NCBI GenBank assembly: GCA_918797485.1
Contig: CAKKNE010000003.1
Span: 558,001 to 622,000, forward strand
DNA from: Pelagomonas calceolata
Taxonomy: Eukaryota
Reading direction: 5' to 3'
DNA length: 64,000 bases
A program made the translations under genes and the position numbers. Below, in pieces: positions 11,209-20,549 of the stretch (positions are counted from its first letter, which is position 1; the number at the start of each line of letters is the position of its first letter). Below the pieces are notes generated by a model, which ran no database searches, had not been told where the DNA came from, and worked only from the letters and a program-made list of their open reading frames with translations.

Positions 11209-12300
11209 ATGCAGCGCCGCGCGCCGCCGAGGACGTGGCGAGGATCCATTATCGCAGCAGCCCTCTGCGCAGCGAGCGCGAGCGCCCTCGTCGCGCCGAC
11301 GCCGCGCGTGCCCGCGACGCGAGCAAGACGACGGATAGCCGCGTCGGTGGTAGGCGACGACCTGCCCAGCAGACCATCCGTCGACGGCAAGTCGTACGGC
11401 GCCGAGCTCGCGAACGCCTATAAGCGGTGCGGCGAGATTACGAAGATCTTCAGCAAAACATTTTATTTTGGTACCACTTTCTTCTCCCAAGAAAAGAAGC
11501 AGGCGGTCTGGGCCATCTACGTGTGGTGCCGGCGGACGGACGATATCGTCGACTCGCCGCTCGCGGCCATGCTCGGGCCCGAGCGCATGGAGGAAGACCT
11601 ACGCTTGTGGAAGGAGCGCCTGGACCGCATCTGGGTCCAGGAGCCGACGGATGCCCTAGATATGGCTTTATCAGATGCGAAGAAGAACTACCCGTCGATG
11701 GACATCGAGCCTTATAACGACATGATCGACGGCATGCTCATGGACACGCCCGGTCATCAATTATTCCAAGATCGATATGAGACCTGGGATGAATTGTATA
11801 CTTATTGTTACCGGGTTGCGGGTACGGTCGGGCTGATGGTCTTGCCGGTACTCGGTACTTCCACAACACACACTTTGGAGGAGGCGATACCACCAGGACT
11901 CAGCTTAGGCATAGCCTTCCAGATCACGAACATCCTCAGAGACGTTGGCGAGGACGCGCTTCGGGGAAGGATATACTTACCCAGAGAAGATATGGCAAAA
12001 TTTGGCGTCACGGAGGAGCAGATCATCAAAGGAGTCCTCGATGAGAACTACAAGGACCTCATGAAGTTTGAAATACAAAGAGCGCGAGACTACTACGTCG
12101 AGGCCGAGGCGGGGATTCCCATGCTCGCGCCGGAAGCTAGGGTGGGCGTCGCCATGGCGCTGCGCGTCTACCGGGGCATCCTGGACAAGCTCGAGGAGAA
12201 CGACTACGACAACTTTCGCAAAAGGGCCTACGTGTCGAAGCTCGAGAAGTTCCTATATTTGCCCGACGCGTGGAAGGCGACGTCGGGGCTGCCTCCTTAG
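11209..12300 (+). CDS. PSY: phytoene synthase, plastid-targeted
   Basis: SKTFYFGT, YVWCRRTDDIVD, YCYRVAGTVG and FQITNILRDVGEDALRGRIYLP motifs; bipartite presequence ...AASASA-LVAP. Confidence 0.95.
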   Translation: MQRRAPPRTWRGSIIAAALCAASASALVAPTPRVPATRARRRIAASVVGDDLPSRPSVDGKSYGAELANAYKRCGEITKIFSKTFYFGTTFFSQEKKQAVWAIYVWCRRTDDIVDSPLAAMLGPERMEEDLRLWKERLDRIWVQEPTDALDMALSDAKKNYPSMDIEPYNDMIDGMLMDTPGHQLFQDRYETWDELYTYCYRVAGTVGLMVLPVLGTSTTHTLEEAIPPGLSLGIAFQITNILRDVGEDALRGRIYLPREDMAKFGVTEEQIIKGVLDENYKDLMKFEIQRARDYYVEAEAGIPMLAPEARVGVAMALRVYRGILDKLEENDYDNFRKRAYVSKLEKFLYLPDAWKATSGLPP

Positions 12301-12383
12301 TCGTTCTTAACAACCGTATACGTTCTTTTACGTTCGCGGCGACGGGGCGTCATGGAGCGATCCGTTTTAGGCTCAGGCTTTAT

Positions 12384-12408
12384 TGCTAGTGTGTTACAGG
12401 CCGCTAGC
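12384..12408. promoter_or_regulatory. conserved intergenic CTAG-pair element, copy 3
   Basis: TGCTAGTGTGTTACAGGCCGCTAGC, ~230 bp upstream of ATG 12635. Confidence 0.75.
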
Positions 12409-12634
12409 AAAATTGCGGCCGCGGCTCGAGTTTCAGGGACCTGGAGCACTTGCGCACTCTCTGGTTAAGGCATCGGTCGTACAAAAGTGCGACGCAGCAT
12501 ACCCGAGTCCAAAAACGCATCCACAAGCGCCGTCGGTTCACAGCATCCGACCGACCCGACATCGACGCCGCCGCGAGCACGTCGACGCCGCCGCCGAGCG
12601 CAGCGCCATCAACGCCGCCGCCGAGCGCGGCTGC

Positions 12635-14464
12635 ATGTCTGACTTCCCCATCCGCTCGCGCAAGGGAGGAGCTAATCCGTACATATCCAGCGACGCTAAC
12701 ATGCCAGAGACGAAGCCACCGAGAGAGCCCGGCGCGGCCTACGTCTTCGTGCCGACGCTCGCGGCATGTGCTCTATTGCTCTTATACGTCGGCGTCGGAG
12801 TAGTAACAGGAGTCTCAACAGACTACGGCGTCTCCAGCGTAAGAGGTTCCTCCGCCAACGTCCTGAGAGTAGCCACCTGGAACGTCGCGGCCATCAACAA
12901 CAACCCCTTCGAGTACTGGATCACGCACGACGACAAGGCCTACAACAAGCTGATGAGCGACGTGCAAGAATTTGTGTCAAATCCGGGCGAGCGAGACGTG
13001 ATAGTCGAAGAGGTTTTTAGTGATCAGATGTGGGACTCGTTATCAAAGAAAATGAAGGACGTAGGATGGGCCGGCGTCGACGAAGTCGACAAGATGTGGA
13101 AGGACGATTTTCGGTCGAGAAAAATAGTAGGAGGCTTCCTGACGGATGCGACGCTTGGCAAGAAACGCCTGGCAAGTATGCCGGACAGGGTCACGAACAC
13201 GATCCGGACGGAAAATGGGAATGTGATGCGGCCGACGGTCATCAATTGTTTTAGCGGCGACCTGGGCACGCAGGAGAAGTGGTTCGAGGCTGTGTGGAAA
13301 TCAAATTGTCGCGGCGCTTCCAATGCCATCGACGCGATGTCAGCTCGATGGCGTGGCGGTGCCGGTTCCTCACCGCTCGAGAAAGGACTCACTGGTTGAT
13401 TTCCACACAGGTTCAAGGAGTGGATGGAGTTCATGTTCGAGACGCGCGTCAAGGACCAGATGGTCTACGAGACGTTGTTACCTATAAAAAGGAGCAAGTA
13501 CCCCGCGCTGTCTGAAGACGAAGAAAGGTTATCGATTCCCCTCCAGACGCTCTGTGGGGCTATTTTTGATGCTATTCTCGTGCATATGATGAACAGCATC
13601 GCGCCGACGACGTGGCAGCCTTTACGAAGCGAGCTGTGCGCCGCCCTGAACTCGCAAAAAGACTCGAGGACCCTAGAAATTCTGGAGAGAACGTACGGCG
13701 ACGCCGACGTCCTGTTCGTCCAGGAAGCCGCGTCGGCCTTTGTGAAGACGGCTTCAGCGTCATTGGGAAGCAAGTACCACATCCTCGCGCCGGCGAGCAT
13801 GGACCCGAAGCGCGACCAGAACTCCTTGGTCTTCCTCTGCAAGAAGCGCTTCCCCTCGACGGCGTCCGAGTTCACCGATGAAGTACTTTCTTCACTTAGT
13901 AAGGCTCCGGTCGCGAACGGCGACTTGTACGCCGCTACTGTGTTTGATTCTTCGAACCGGCCCTTCGTCGTCGCTTCTTTTCATGGGGACACGAACGGCC
14001 TAGCTACTATTCCTGTTACCGATGCTCTACTAGAGAAGATACCAGAGAACCACAAGCTCTTGTTCGGCCTCGACGCGAACACCTACGAGAACGAGAGGGA
14101 GGGCTACCAGGGCGCAGCCAAGTACCAGGCCTTTATCGTCGACAAGGGTCTCGGGTCCCAGCACGGTGTTGATAGTTCTATGGATGTGAAGAGGTATACG
14201 ACGTTCAACGCTCGAACATATCTGCAACCGCAGCTCAACAAGGCCGTGGCCTTCGACGAGCGTTATACAAATATCAACGTCGACCGGAACCCGAAGGACT
14301 TCATCCTCTATACACCTCGGGACTTTGAATTAGTGGACACCGGACGAGACAACACGGGCGAGCGGACGTATACCGAGGACATGATGTTCCCCACCCTCAA
14401 GTTCCCGTCGGACCACGGCGTCACGGCCGCGACGTTGAGGTTATTGCCGCGGCGGCGGGTGTAA
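12635..14464 (+). CDS. membrane-anchored endonuclease/exonuclease/phosphatase (EEP) family protein; 2 exons (intron 13282-13410)
   Basis: N-terminal TM helix; LRVATWNV, VLFVQE, GLDAN and FPSDHG motifs. Introner removal joins ORFs 12383..13399 and 13424..14464 in frame (EKW-FKEWMEF). Confidence 0.8.
13290..13410 (+). mobile_element. introner element (121 bp); intron 13282-13410
   Basis: Perfect 15-bp TIRs CTGTGTGGAAATCAA / TTGATTTCCACACAG; TSD GTTCGAGG / GTTCAAGG. Confidence 0.95.
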
Positions 14465-14648
14465 AAGTTATAGTATCGGTGTCTATATCCGTCCCTCGCG
14501 TCGGCGGCGTGCCGCGGGCTCGTTTTTAACCCCGTTCTTACGCGGCGAAAACCCGTGACCTAGGCAGCACTCGACGGGCGTCCGGCGCCTGTCTTGTTAC
14601 GGTGCTAGAACTAGTGGGCGGAGCGGCAATGCCTGGCAATGCCTGCAT

Positions 14649-14672
14649 TGCTAGTATCTTACAAGCCGCTAG
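14649..14672. promoter_or_regulatory. conserved intergenic CTAG-pair element, copy 4
   Basis: TGCTAGTATCTTACAAGCCGCTAG, ~170 bp upstream of ATG 14843. Confidence 0.75.
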
Positions 14673-14842
14673 ATAATCTTGGGCATCGCGGCGCGTCTCA
14701 GCCTGGAAAGCTGCCATTGCCCTGTAGTTTTACGCGGCGCGTCAGTGCGCGAGTCTCTTACGCCATCGCTGCGCTGTGAACTCAAAGTTTCCGGACATAT
14801 TCACGTGTCAGTGCCCAAATCACTGCAAGCCACCAATCAACC

Positions 14843-15859
14843 ATGCACAAGGAGCGCCTGACCATCAAGCCTCGGCTCCAGTCCGTAAGCGGTCGCATCT
14901 ATGTGGCGCGCGAGACCGGTCCTCCCGTCCCGTGGCCGCAACTTATATTGCTAGCCGTCCTCGGCACGGCCGCTATAGTATCGTGCTCCTTCTTACTATA
15001 CGATACAGAAGACGACGGCGCCGCGTTGCTAGCACCGGCGCCTCTACTGGAGATACAATCTCTGGGAATAGCGCGTTTCATACTATTCCTCATCCTGGCG
15101 CACCGCATCTTCCTCATCTTATTCGTGCGGCCGCCGATCGACATCAAGATCGACTACCAGCCCGGGTCTCAACTAAAGAGCATGGGTTCGCAAGTTTTAG
15201 CTGGTGTTGGTAGATTAGCAACATTTACGATCCAGACCTGGACGCTGCAGACGATCTATTTCGGCCTAGTTACGTTAGCGACCCTTGGATACATACAACC
15301 ATACCGACAGATCTCGTACCTCTTCGAGTTGTTGTTTGCGACGTCTCATTTGGTGTCCTGCGTCACTTCGTATGTCTTGGTCCCCACAATGTGCAAGCAG
15401 TGGCTCAAGGGCGATTTCGGCGGCATCAAGGTGTCGGAGATCCCTTTGTTAGGTGTGGACCAGCTCACCGTGCACAACTTTAATATCGTGTCGCTCCATA
15501 TCGATGCTTTTTTATCGGGCCAGCGCCTCGTCCTGGGTCACTGGGGCCTGGCCTTGTCGTATGCTTCCTACTACGCGGCGTTCGCGTGGGCGCGCTGCCG
15601 GTTTATCAACGGCCAGGTCCCCTACTTCTTCCTGGATTACTCACTCCCAACGAAAAGAGCCTACGCGTTCCACCTCGGCCTCGCGGCGATCCTCACAGTC
15701 TACTTCCTCGGCTTTTCGGTGCTGCTGGAGCGCATGGCCTCCCTGGGCGTGCCGTGGCGCTTCGCCGTGCACGCGGCGGTCTGCTACTCGAACATGCGCT
15801 TGCGGGCGCCCAAGGCTTATCTAGAGATCGAGAAGAAGCGCGAGGCGAAGTCGTCTTAA
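14843..15859 (+). CDS. multi-pass membrane protein (FAR-17a/AIG1 or rolling-stone-like)
   Basis: About 7-8 hydrophobic segments; TFTIQTW, VHNFN and PYFFLD motifs. Confidence 0.6.
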   Translation: MHKERLTIKPRLQSVSGRIYVARETGPPVPWPQLILLAVLGTAAIVSCSFLLYDTEDDGAALLAPAPLLEIQSLGIARFILFLILAHRIFLILFVRPPIDIKIDYQPGSQLKSMGSQVLAGVGRLATFTIQTWTLQTIYFGLVTLATLGYIQPYRQISYLFELLFATSHLVSCVTSYVLVPTMCKQWLKGDFGGIKVSEIPLLGVDQLTVHNFNIVSLHIDAFLSGQRLVLGHWGLALSYASYYAAFAWARCRFINGQVPYFFLDYSLPTKRAYAFHLGLAAILTVYFLGFSVLLERMASLGVPWRFAVHAAVCYSNMRLRAPKAYLEIEKKREAKSS

Positions 15860-15932
15860 AGCGCGCGCCACGAAGGGCGGTCGCGCTGTGCTAACTAAGT
15901 ATTCCATGTGACACATACACTTTACTCGCGAG

Positions 15933-17041
15933 TCAGTAGTCCGCGCCACCGCCGCCGCCCCAGCCCCCGAACATGCCGCCCAGGCCCGTGCGGTAGGGCT
16001 TCCCCGTCGACCAGTAGAACTCGTGGCCGCAGGGACACCTGCGCGCGGTCGCGTGACGACGCCGTCGCCGTCGCCGCGACGCGCCCGAGAACACAAAATC
16101 GGACGCCGGACACACGTCATGTGGTCGCAGCCGTGGTTCTTCGTGATCGCCTGCTTGCACTTGGGGCACGGTTTTGTAGCGCCCTTTTGGCGCTCCTTGC
16201 GCATCATTTCGTTGAATTTCTCGTCGGCTTGCGCGTTCTCGATCGACCACTTGTCGTACTTCTCCTGGTGCGCCTTCCGCGCCGCCTCCTGCTGCATGAC
16301 GTAGGCGCAATTGCCGTCGTGCGCCGGGCCGACCTTGCCCCCCACGAGGGGACAGCCCAGACAAAATGCACCGTGGCACTTCTGGCAGATGTGGAGCGTT
16401 CCACTGGTGGCGTGCGGCTCGTAGTAGAACGTGTGGTTGCACTTGTCGCCCGGGCAGCGGCGCAGGCCCTTCTCGTTGCCTTCATCTGCATTTGCCTGGT
16501 CGAGCAGCGCCTCCGTGGCGACCTCCTGGTACTTGGCCCACGTCGCCTTGTCGCCGCGGTCGTAGGTGCAGGCTCTTACATCCAACACGTCTAGCGGTTT
16601 GCGGCACGTTGTGTCCGGGCAGCGGAGCCGGTCGTCAACCTTCTTGTCGTCGAGGGCCGCCTTCAGCGTGCCCGCGACGCACTCGCCGCAGAACGCGTGG
16701 CCGCAGTTCCGCAGCTTCAGGCGCTGCGACCGCTCGACGTCGTCCATGCAGATGATGCAGGAGAACGTGCCGCCGGTCGACCCGCGTTTCGGCGGCGACG
16801 GGAGGAACTGGACCTCATCATCGTCGTCGGCGCGCTTGCGCTTCGGCGCCGAGGCGATGATCTGTACTTCGTCGTCGCTAGATTCGATCTCGACGATGTC
16901 GTCGCGTTTCGGCGGCGCGGGCGGGCGCTGCGGCGGTGCAGGCGCCGGTGCCGAGGCTCCCTTCTTCGCCGCCAGGCGCGCCTCTCGTTCTTCTCGGAGC
17001 TGTTTCAGGTATTGCGGGCTCAGGCTTGAGGTGTCCGCCAT
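15933..17041 (-). CDS. RBR (RING-IBR-RING2) E3 ubiquitin ligase with N-terminal SIM-like motifs; intron 16115-16039
   Basis: RING1 CIIC..CGHAFCGEC..CPDTTC; IBR CPGDKC..CQKC..FCLGC..H; RING2 CPKC..KNHGCDHMT-CPCGHEFYW after removing a 77-nt GT-AG intron. Confidence 0.85.
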
Positions 17042-17207
17042 GGGTATGAGGCTTGTGTGCAGCACAACGCAGCCAATTTATCACGAGGCGCCACCAAAAT
17101 TTGCAAGCGCGCCTATCAAGGCTGCGTGATGATGCTGCGAGAGTGATGCATGCAGCCAGGCAGTCTGTATTGGCGTAACAGCCACTGCTGCGAAGGCTCG
17201 GCTTGCT

Positions 17208-17231
17208 TGCTAGTGTCTTACTGCCGCTAGC
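17208..17231. promoter_or_regulatory. conserved intergenic CTAG-pair element, copy 5
   Basis: TGCTAGTGTCTTACTGCCGCTAGC between the divergent RBR and PITH genes. Confidence 0.75.
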
Positions 17232-17415
17232 TTGACCAAACCGCCGCCGGACTTTAAGGACGCGCAAACGCCGCGTGGACACACACTGTCCACTGCGAGG
17301 GGCGTGCAATAGCCGCCCTCAGCCTCCGTGCCGGCCCAGGACCGCTCGCGGCCGCGCCGCGCCCAACCCAACGCGGCTGAGACCAGCGGGTCCTGTTCCA
17401 GCGCGCGCGGACGCC

Positions 17416-17937
17416 ATGGCCGCGATGAACATGGAGGAGCGCATGGCGTTGATGGGCATTGGTGATTTATCAGATCAAATAAAACCGTCAGCGTGCTACG
17501 GCCTCAACATAAGTGCACAAAAACCGATCGTCAACTTGTTCCAGGGCGACGAGCGGCTCGTGTGCCAGTCGGCGGAAGACGAGCAGATGATCATCAACAT
17601 CCCGTTCAGTGAAGCGGTCATGATCCACAGCATCAACATCAGCGCCATGGAGGGCGAGGAGGCGCCGGAAGACGTTAAACTTTTTACGAACATGCCTTCG
17701 CTCGGGTTTAGCGATTGCGACGACGGGCCCTGCGCGGCGAAGTTGACGTTGACGGCGGAAGATTTACTCGCAGATAGAGTGTGTGAACTGAAGATGGCCA
17801 AGTTCAACTACGTGAATGTTCTCTCCATCTTCGTCGACACGAATCAGGGTGGAGATGTTACTTCGATAAGCTCGATCAAGATCAACGGCAAGACGCGCGA
17901 ATCGACGAACATGGCGAACTTCAAGAAGGTCGGCTGA
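17416..17937 (+). CDS. PITH domain protein (TXNL1/PITHD1-like)
   Basis: CYGLN..QSAEDEQMIINIPFSEAVMIHSI..PEDVKLF..LSIFVDTNQGGDVT..TNMANFKKV. Confidence 0.85.
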   Translation: MAAMNMEERMALMGIGDLSDQIKPSACYGLNISAQKPIVNLFQGDERLVCQSAEDEQMIINIPFSEAVMIHSINISAMEGEEAPEDVKLFTNMPSLGFSDCDDGPCAAKLTLTAEDLLADRVCELKMAKFNYVNVLSIFVDTNQGGDVTSISSIKINGKTRESTNMANFKKVG

Positions 17938-18102
17938 GGCTAGGCGGCTGGCGGCCGCTTTTTCTGATTGACTGCTGGATTCGCGTCTCCGTGACGGCCG
18001 CACTACTCTCCTATTGTAGTGGGGCTTGATGACGTGATTCTGGCAGGACCCCCTCCCCGTTTTATAACAGCAGCTATTATTGTGCTTCGTGTCTTAGTCT
18101 TC

Positions 18103-19133
18103 TTAGTCTTGTTCGATGGCGTCGAGGCATGCCAGGGCGAGGCCCGCGGCCGCGCGGAAGCCCTCCGCGTCGTCCGGCGTGGCGGCCGTCAGGAGGTAGG
18201 CGGCCGTGCGGTCGAGGGCCACGTCGTCGCGCGCGGGCGGCGGCGGCGCCGACACCACGCGCCGGCGAGACGGAGCCGGCGGAGGCGCGGCGGGCTCTTC
18301 GCGGCGGCGCTTTCTGGGCGGCCTCGGCACGAGCCGCCCGTCGACGATCGGGTTCGTCTGGCGCCGAGCTTGGACGTCGGGAGGAAGCGCGCGGATCGCC
18401 GCGTTGTACGCGTGCGCCGCGGCCTCCTAGAAACGCCCGTAAACCGACTCTTCTTGCCCGAAGCAGACGGAACAAACGGGACCGGCGCACGACAGGGTTG
18501 ACCCTTGCGCGCGCGGCAAGCCTTGCAATTGCCGCAGCGTGTACCCCGCAAGGGCGTCGGCGCCGCGGTTGACGGCGCCGCGGGCGCCTCCTCCGGCGCC
18601 GCGGCGGACGCCGCCGGCGCGACCGGGGGGCGCCGCGGCGCCGCGATTGACGGCGCCGCGGGCGCCTCCTCCGGCGCCGCGGTGGACGCCGCCGGCGCGA
18701 TCGGGGGGCGCCGCGGCGCGGGTAGAACCGGCGCTACTGCCGGCGCCGCTGCAGGCCGCCGCGGCGGAGGTCGCGCCGGCCCCGGCGCCTCGGCCCGGAC
18801 GTGCGCAGCGAGAACGTCTCCTTCGTCCCCGTCGTCCCACCTAATTTCGTAGCCGCCGCCGTCGATCACGCCGTCGACGACGCCCGGGTACCAGCGGTCG
18901 CCCCACAATGCGCTGACGCGGTCGCCGACGGAAAACGCCGCGACAGGCGTCGATACTAGAGCCACGCGCGAGACCGCGCGGCAGTTCGGACACGCCGTGA
19001 GCGCGCCGCGTCGCGTCGCGGCGGTGCCGACGGCGCTGGCCATCTGCGCGAGGCAGGCGGCGTGAAAGCGGTGGCCGCAGGCCAATGCCACGCCGTTGTC
19101 CAGCCCCTCGAGACAAATTGAGCAGTGTTCCAT
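18103..19133 (-). pseudogene. RING - Tudor - CxxC - AP2-like protein with an internally deleted, frameshifted AP2 domain
   Basis: RING CSICL..CGHRFHAAC..CPNC; Tudor VGDRVSALW..WYPGVV..IRWDDG; RCGNCKAC. KSRFTGVS is directly fused, out of frame at ~18428, to EAAAHAYNAAIRAL...NPIVDGRLVPRP. Also a 63-bp tandem duplication near 18565-18720. Confidence 0.6.
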
Positions 19134-19355
19134 TGTGTTTGCGCCACAAGCGAGGACCGGAGAGAGAGGACCGGCCGGCGCCCTAGTCAAAAAAGGCGGT
19201 CTCAGAGCACTAGTTCAAATTTTCGAGGGGCGATGTCCAGCGGTCGTCGGATCGAACAAGCGGCGTCGTCACTCGCCAGGCGGTCTCCCGCGTACGTAGG
19301 GCGGGCCGTAATCGAGATGCGCGCGGCAAAAGGACGCGTCCCGGGTGTTTTGGCT

Positions 19356-19378
19356 TGCTAGTGACTTAGGCCGCTAGC
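19356..19378. promoter_or_regulatory. conserved intergenic CTAG-pair element, copy 6
   Basis: TGCTAGTGACTTAGGCCGCTAGC, ~220 bp upstream of ATG 19133(-). Confidence 0.7.
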
Positions 19379-19457
19379 TTGCGATCCAAACCTGCTGCAA
19401 ATGCCGCTCGATACAAGCTACAGTATTACGAACAAAACAAGAAAGGAAGGAAGGCCC

Positions 19458-20081
19458 TCACGAGGTCTGCGGCGACCGCACGCGCGTCCGCTTCGGCGCC
19501 GCCCTGCGCCGGACGTTCGGCACGCCCTCATCATCTAAATAGGCCTTCACCGTCTTCGCGTCCGCCCCACAAACGGAAGCAATGGCGTTGACGTCGACCT
19601 TCTTCCTCAATAAAATGGGCTCGTAGAGCTCCGGCGACGCCTTGATTCTTTGCGCGATCGCCACGCGCACGTCCGCCTCACGATTCCCGTCGTCGTCGTC
19701 GGACGAGGAGCTGGCCCCGTCGCGCGCCGGCGTCGGCGCGTCGCGCGCCCGGACCCGGGACTGGGTCAGGTCGACGAGGTCCTCGTCGGACGACTCGGAT
19801 GGAGGCGGCGGCGTGCGATCGCCGCCCTCCGCGGTCGCCTGCGTCAGGTCGCAGCAGGACTCCTCGTCCGACGACGAGTTCTGGAGCGCCTCGACGCCGT
19901 CCTCGAGCGCCGCGAGCGCATTGAGTAAAGTGGCCCTCCTCGCGTCGACGCGGGCCAGCTCCGCGCGCAGCGACGCGGCGCTCGACCAGTCGATGGGCGT
20001 GTGCACGCTCGCCCAGCTGTGGCGTCGCCCGGGCGTCGCGTGCGCGAGGACGGCGGCGCCGTCGTCGCTCGAGTCGTCCAT
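19458..20081 (-). CDS. small protein with SLX4-like C-terminal (SLX1-binding) domain and SIM-like motifs
   Basis: IAQRIKASPELYEPILLRKKVDV...VKAYLDDEGV resembles the Slx4 C-terminal domain; acidic CCDLTQ and LVDLTQ motifs. Confidence 0.55.
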   Translation of the reverse strand: MDDSSDDGAAVLAHATPGRRHSWASVHTPIDWSSAASLRAELARVDARRATLLNALAALEDGVEALQNSSSDEESCCDLTQATAEGGDRTPPPPSESSDEDLVDLTQSRVRARDAPTPARDGASSSSDDDDGNREADVRVAIAQRIKASPELYEPILLRKKVDVNAIASVCGADAKTVKAYLDDEGVPNVRRRAAPKRTRVRSPQTS

Positions 20082-20357
20082 TTTTGCGCAGTTATATGTG
20101 CGTTCACGGCGATGACCGCTGCCAGAGACGTCCTCGTGAATCTGCGCGAGCGATGCGCCGCGGCGGCGGGCGTGCGCTGCGGTTTGGCGCTTTTGCCGCT
20201 GCGTGAGGCCCTGGCTGGCTGTCTGGCTGTCACGCGACAGGTATCCGAAGCGATGCTCCAGCGCCTTTTAAACGATTCGTGCGATCACTGGCACGCGCGG
20301 ACAGCGCGCGAAAGTGTCTGCAATGCGCTATGGAGCAAAACGCCGCTTGCTGGTGCT

Positions 20358-20381
20358 TGCTAGTGTCTTACAAGCCGCTAG
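20358..20381. promoter_or_regulatory. conserved intergenic CTAG-pair element, copy 7
   Basis: TGCTAGTGTCTTACAAGCCGCTAG between divergent starts at 20081(-) and 20550(+). Confidence 0.75.
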
Positions 20382-20549
20382 ATAATCTCGAAGGCGCACA
20401 CTCCCGCGGATCGCACAGGGCGCCAGCGCAGCCCCGGGCCGCCCACCGCACGCAGCGGTACGACCACACGTCCTGCGCGGCGGCTGCCCCGCTCCGGGAC
20501 CCCAGGCGAAAGCAGGGCACACCGCACCGCACGGAAGGCCCGAAAGACA

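Noticed and set aside
12560..12634. Three short CGACGCCGCCGCCGAGC-like repeats in the 5' region of the EEP gene
   Set aside because: Short GC-rich slippage repeats with no further structure.
14490..14590. Possible structured ncRNA or SECIS downstream of the EEP gene
   Set aside because: Some pairing is possible, but there is no ATGA/GA core at the right spacing and no recognisable tRNA or snoRNA boxes; GC-rich DNA pairs by chance.
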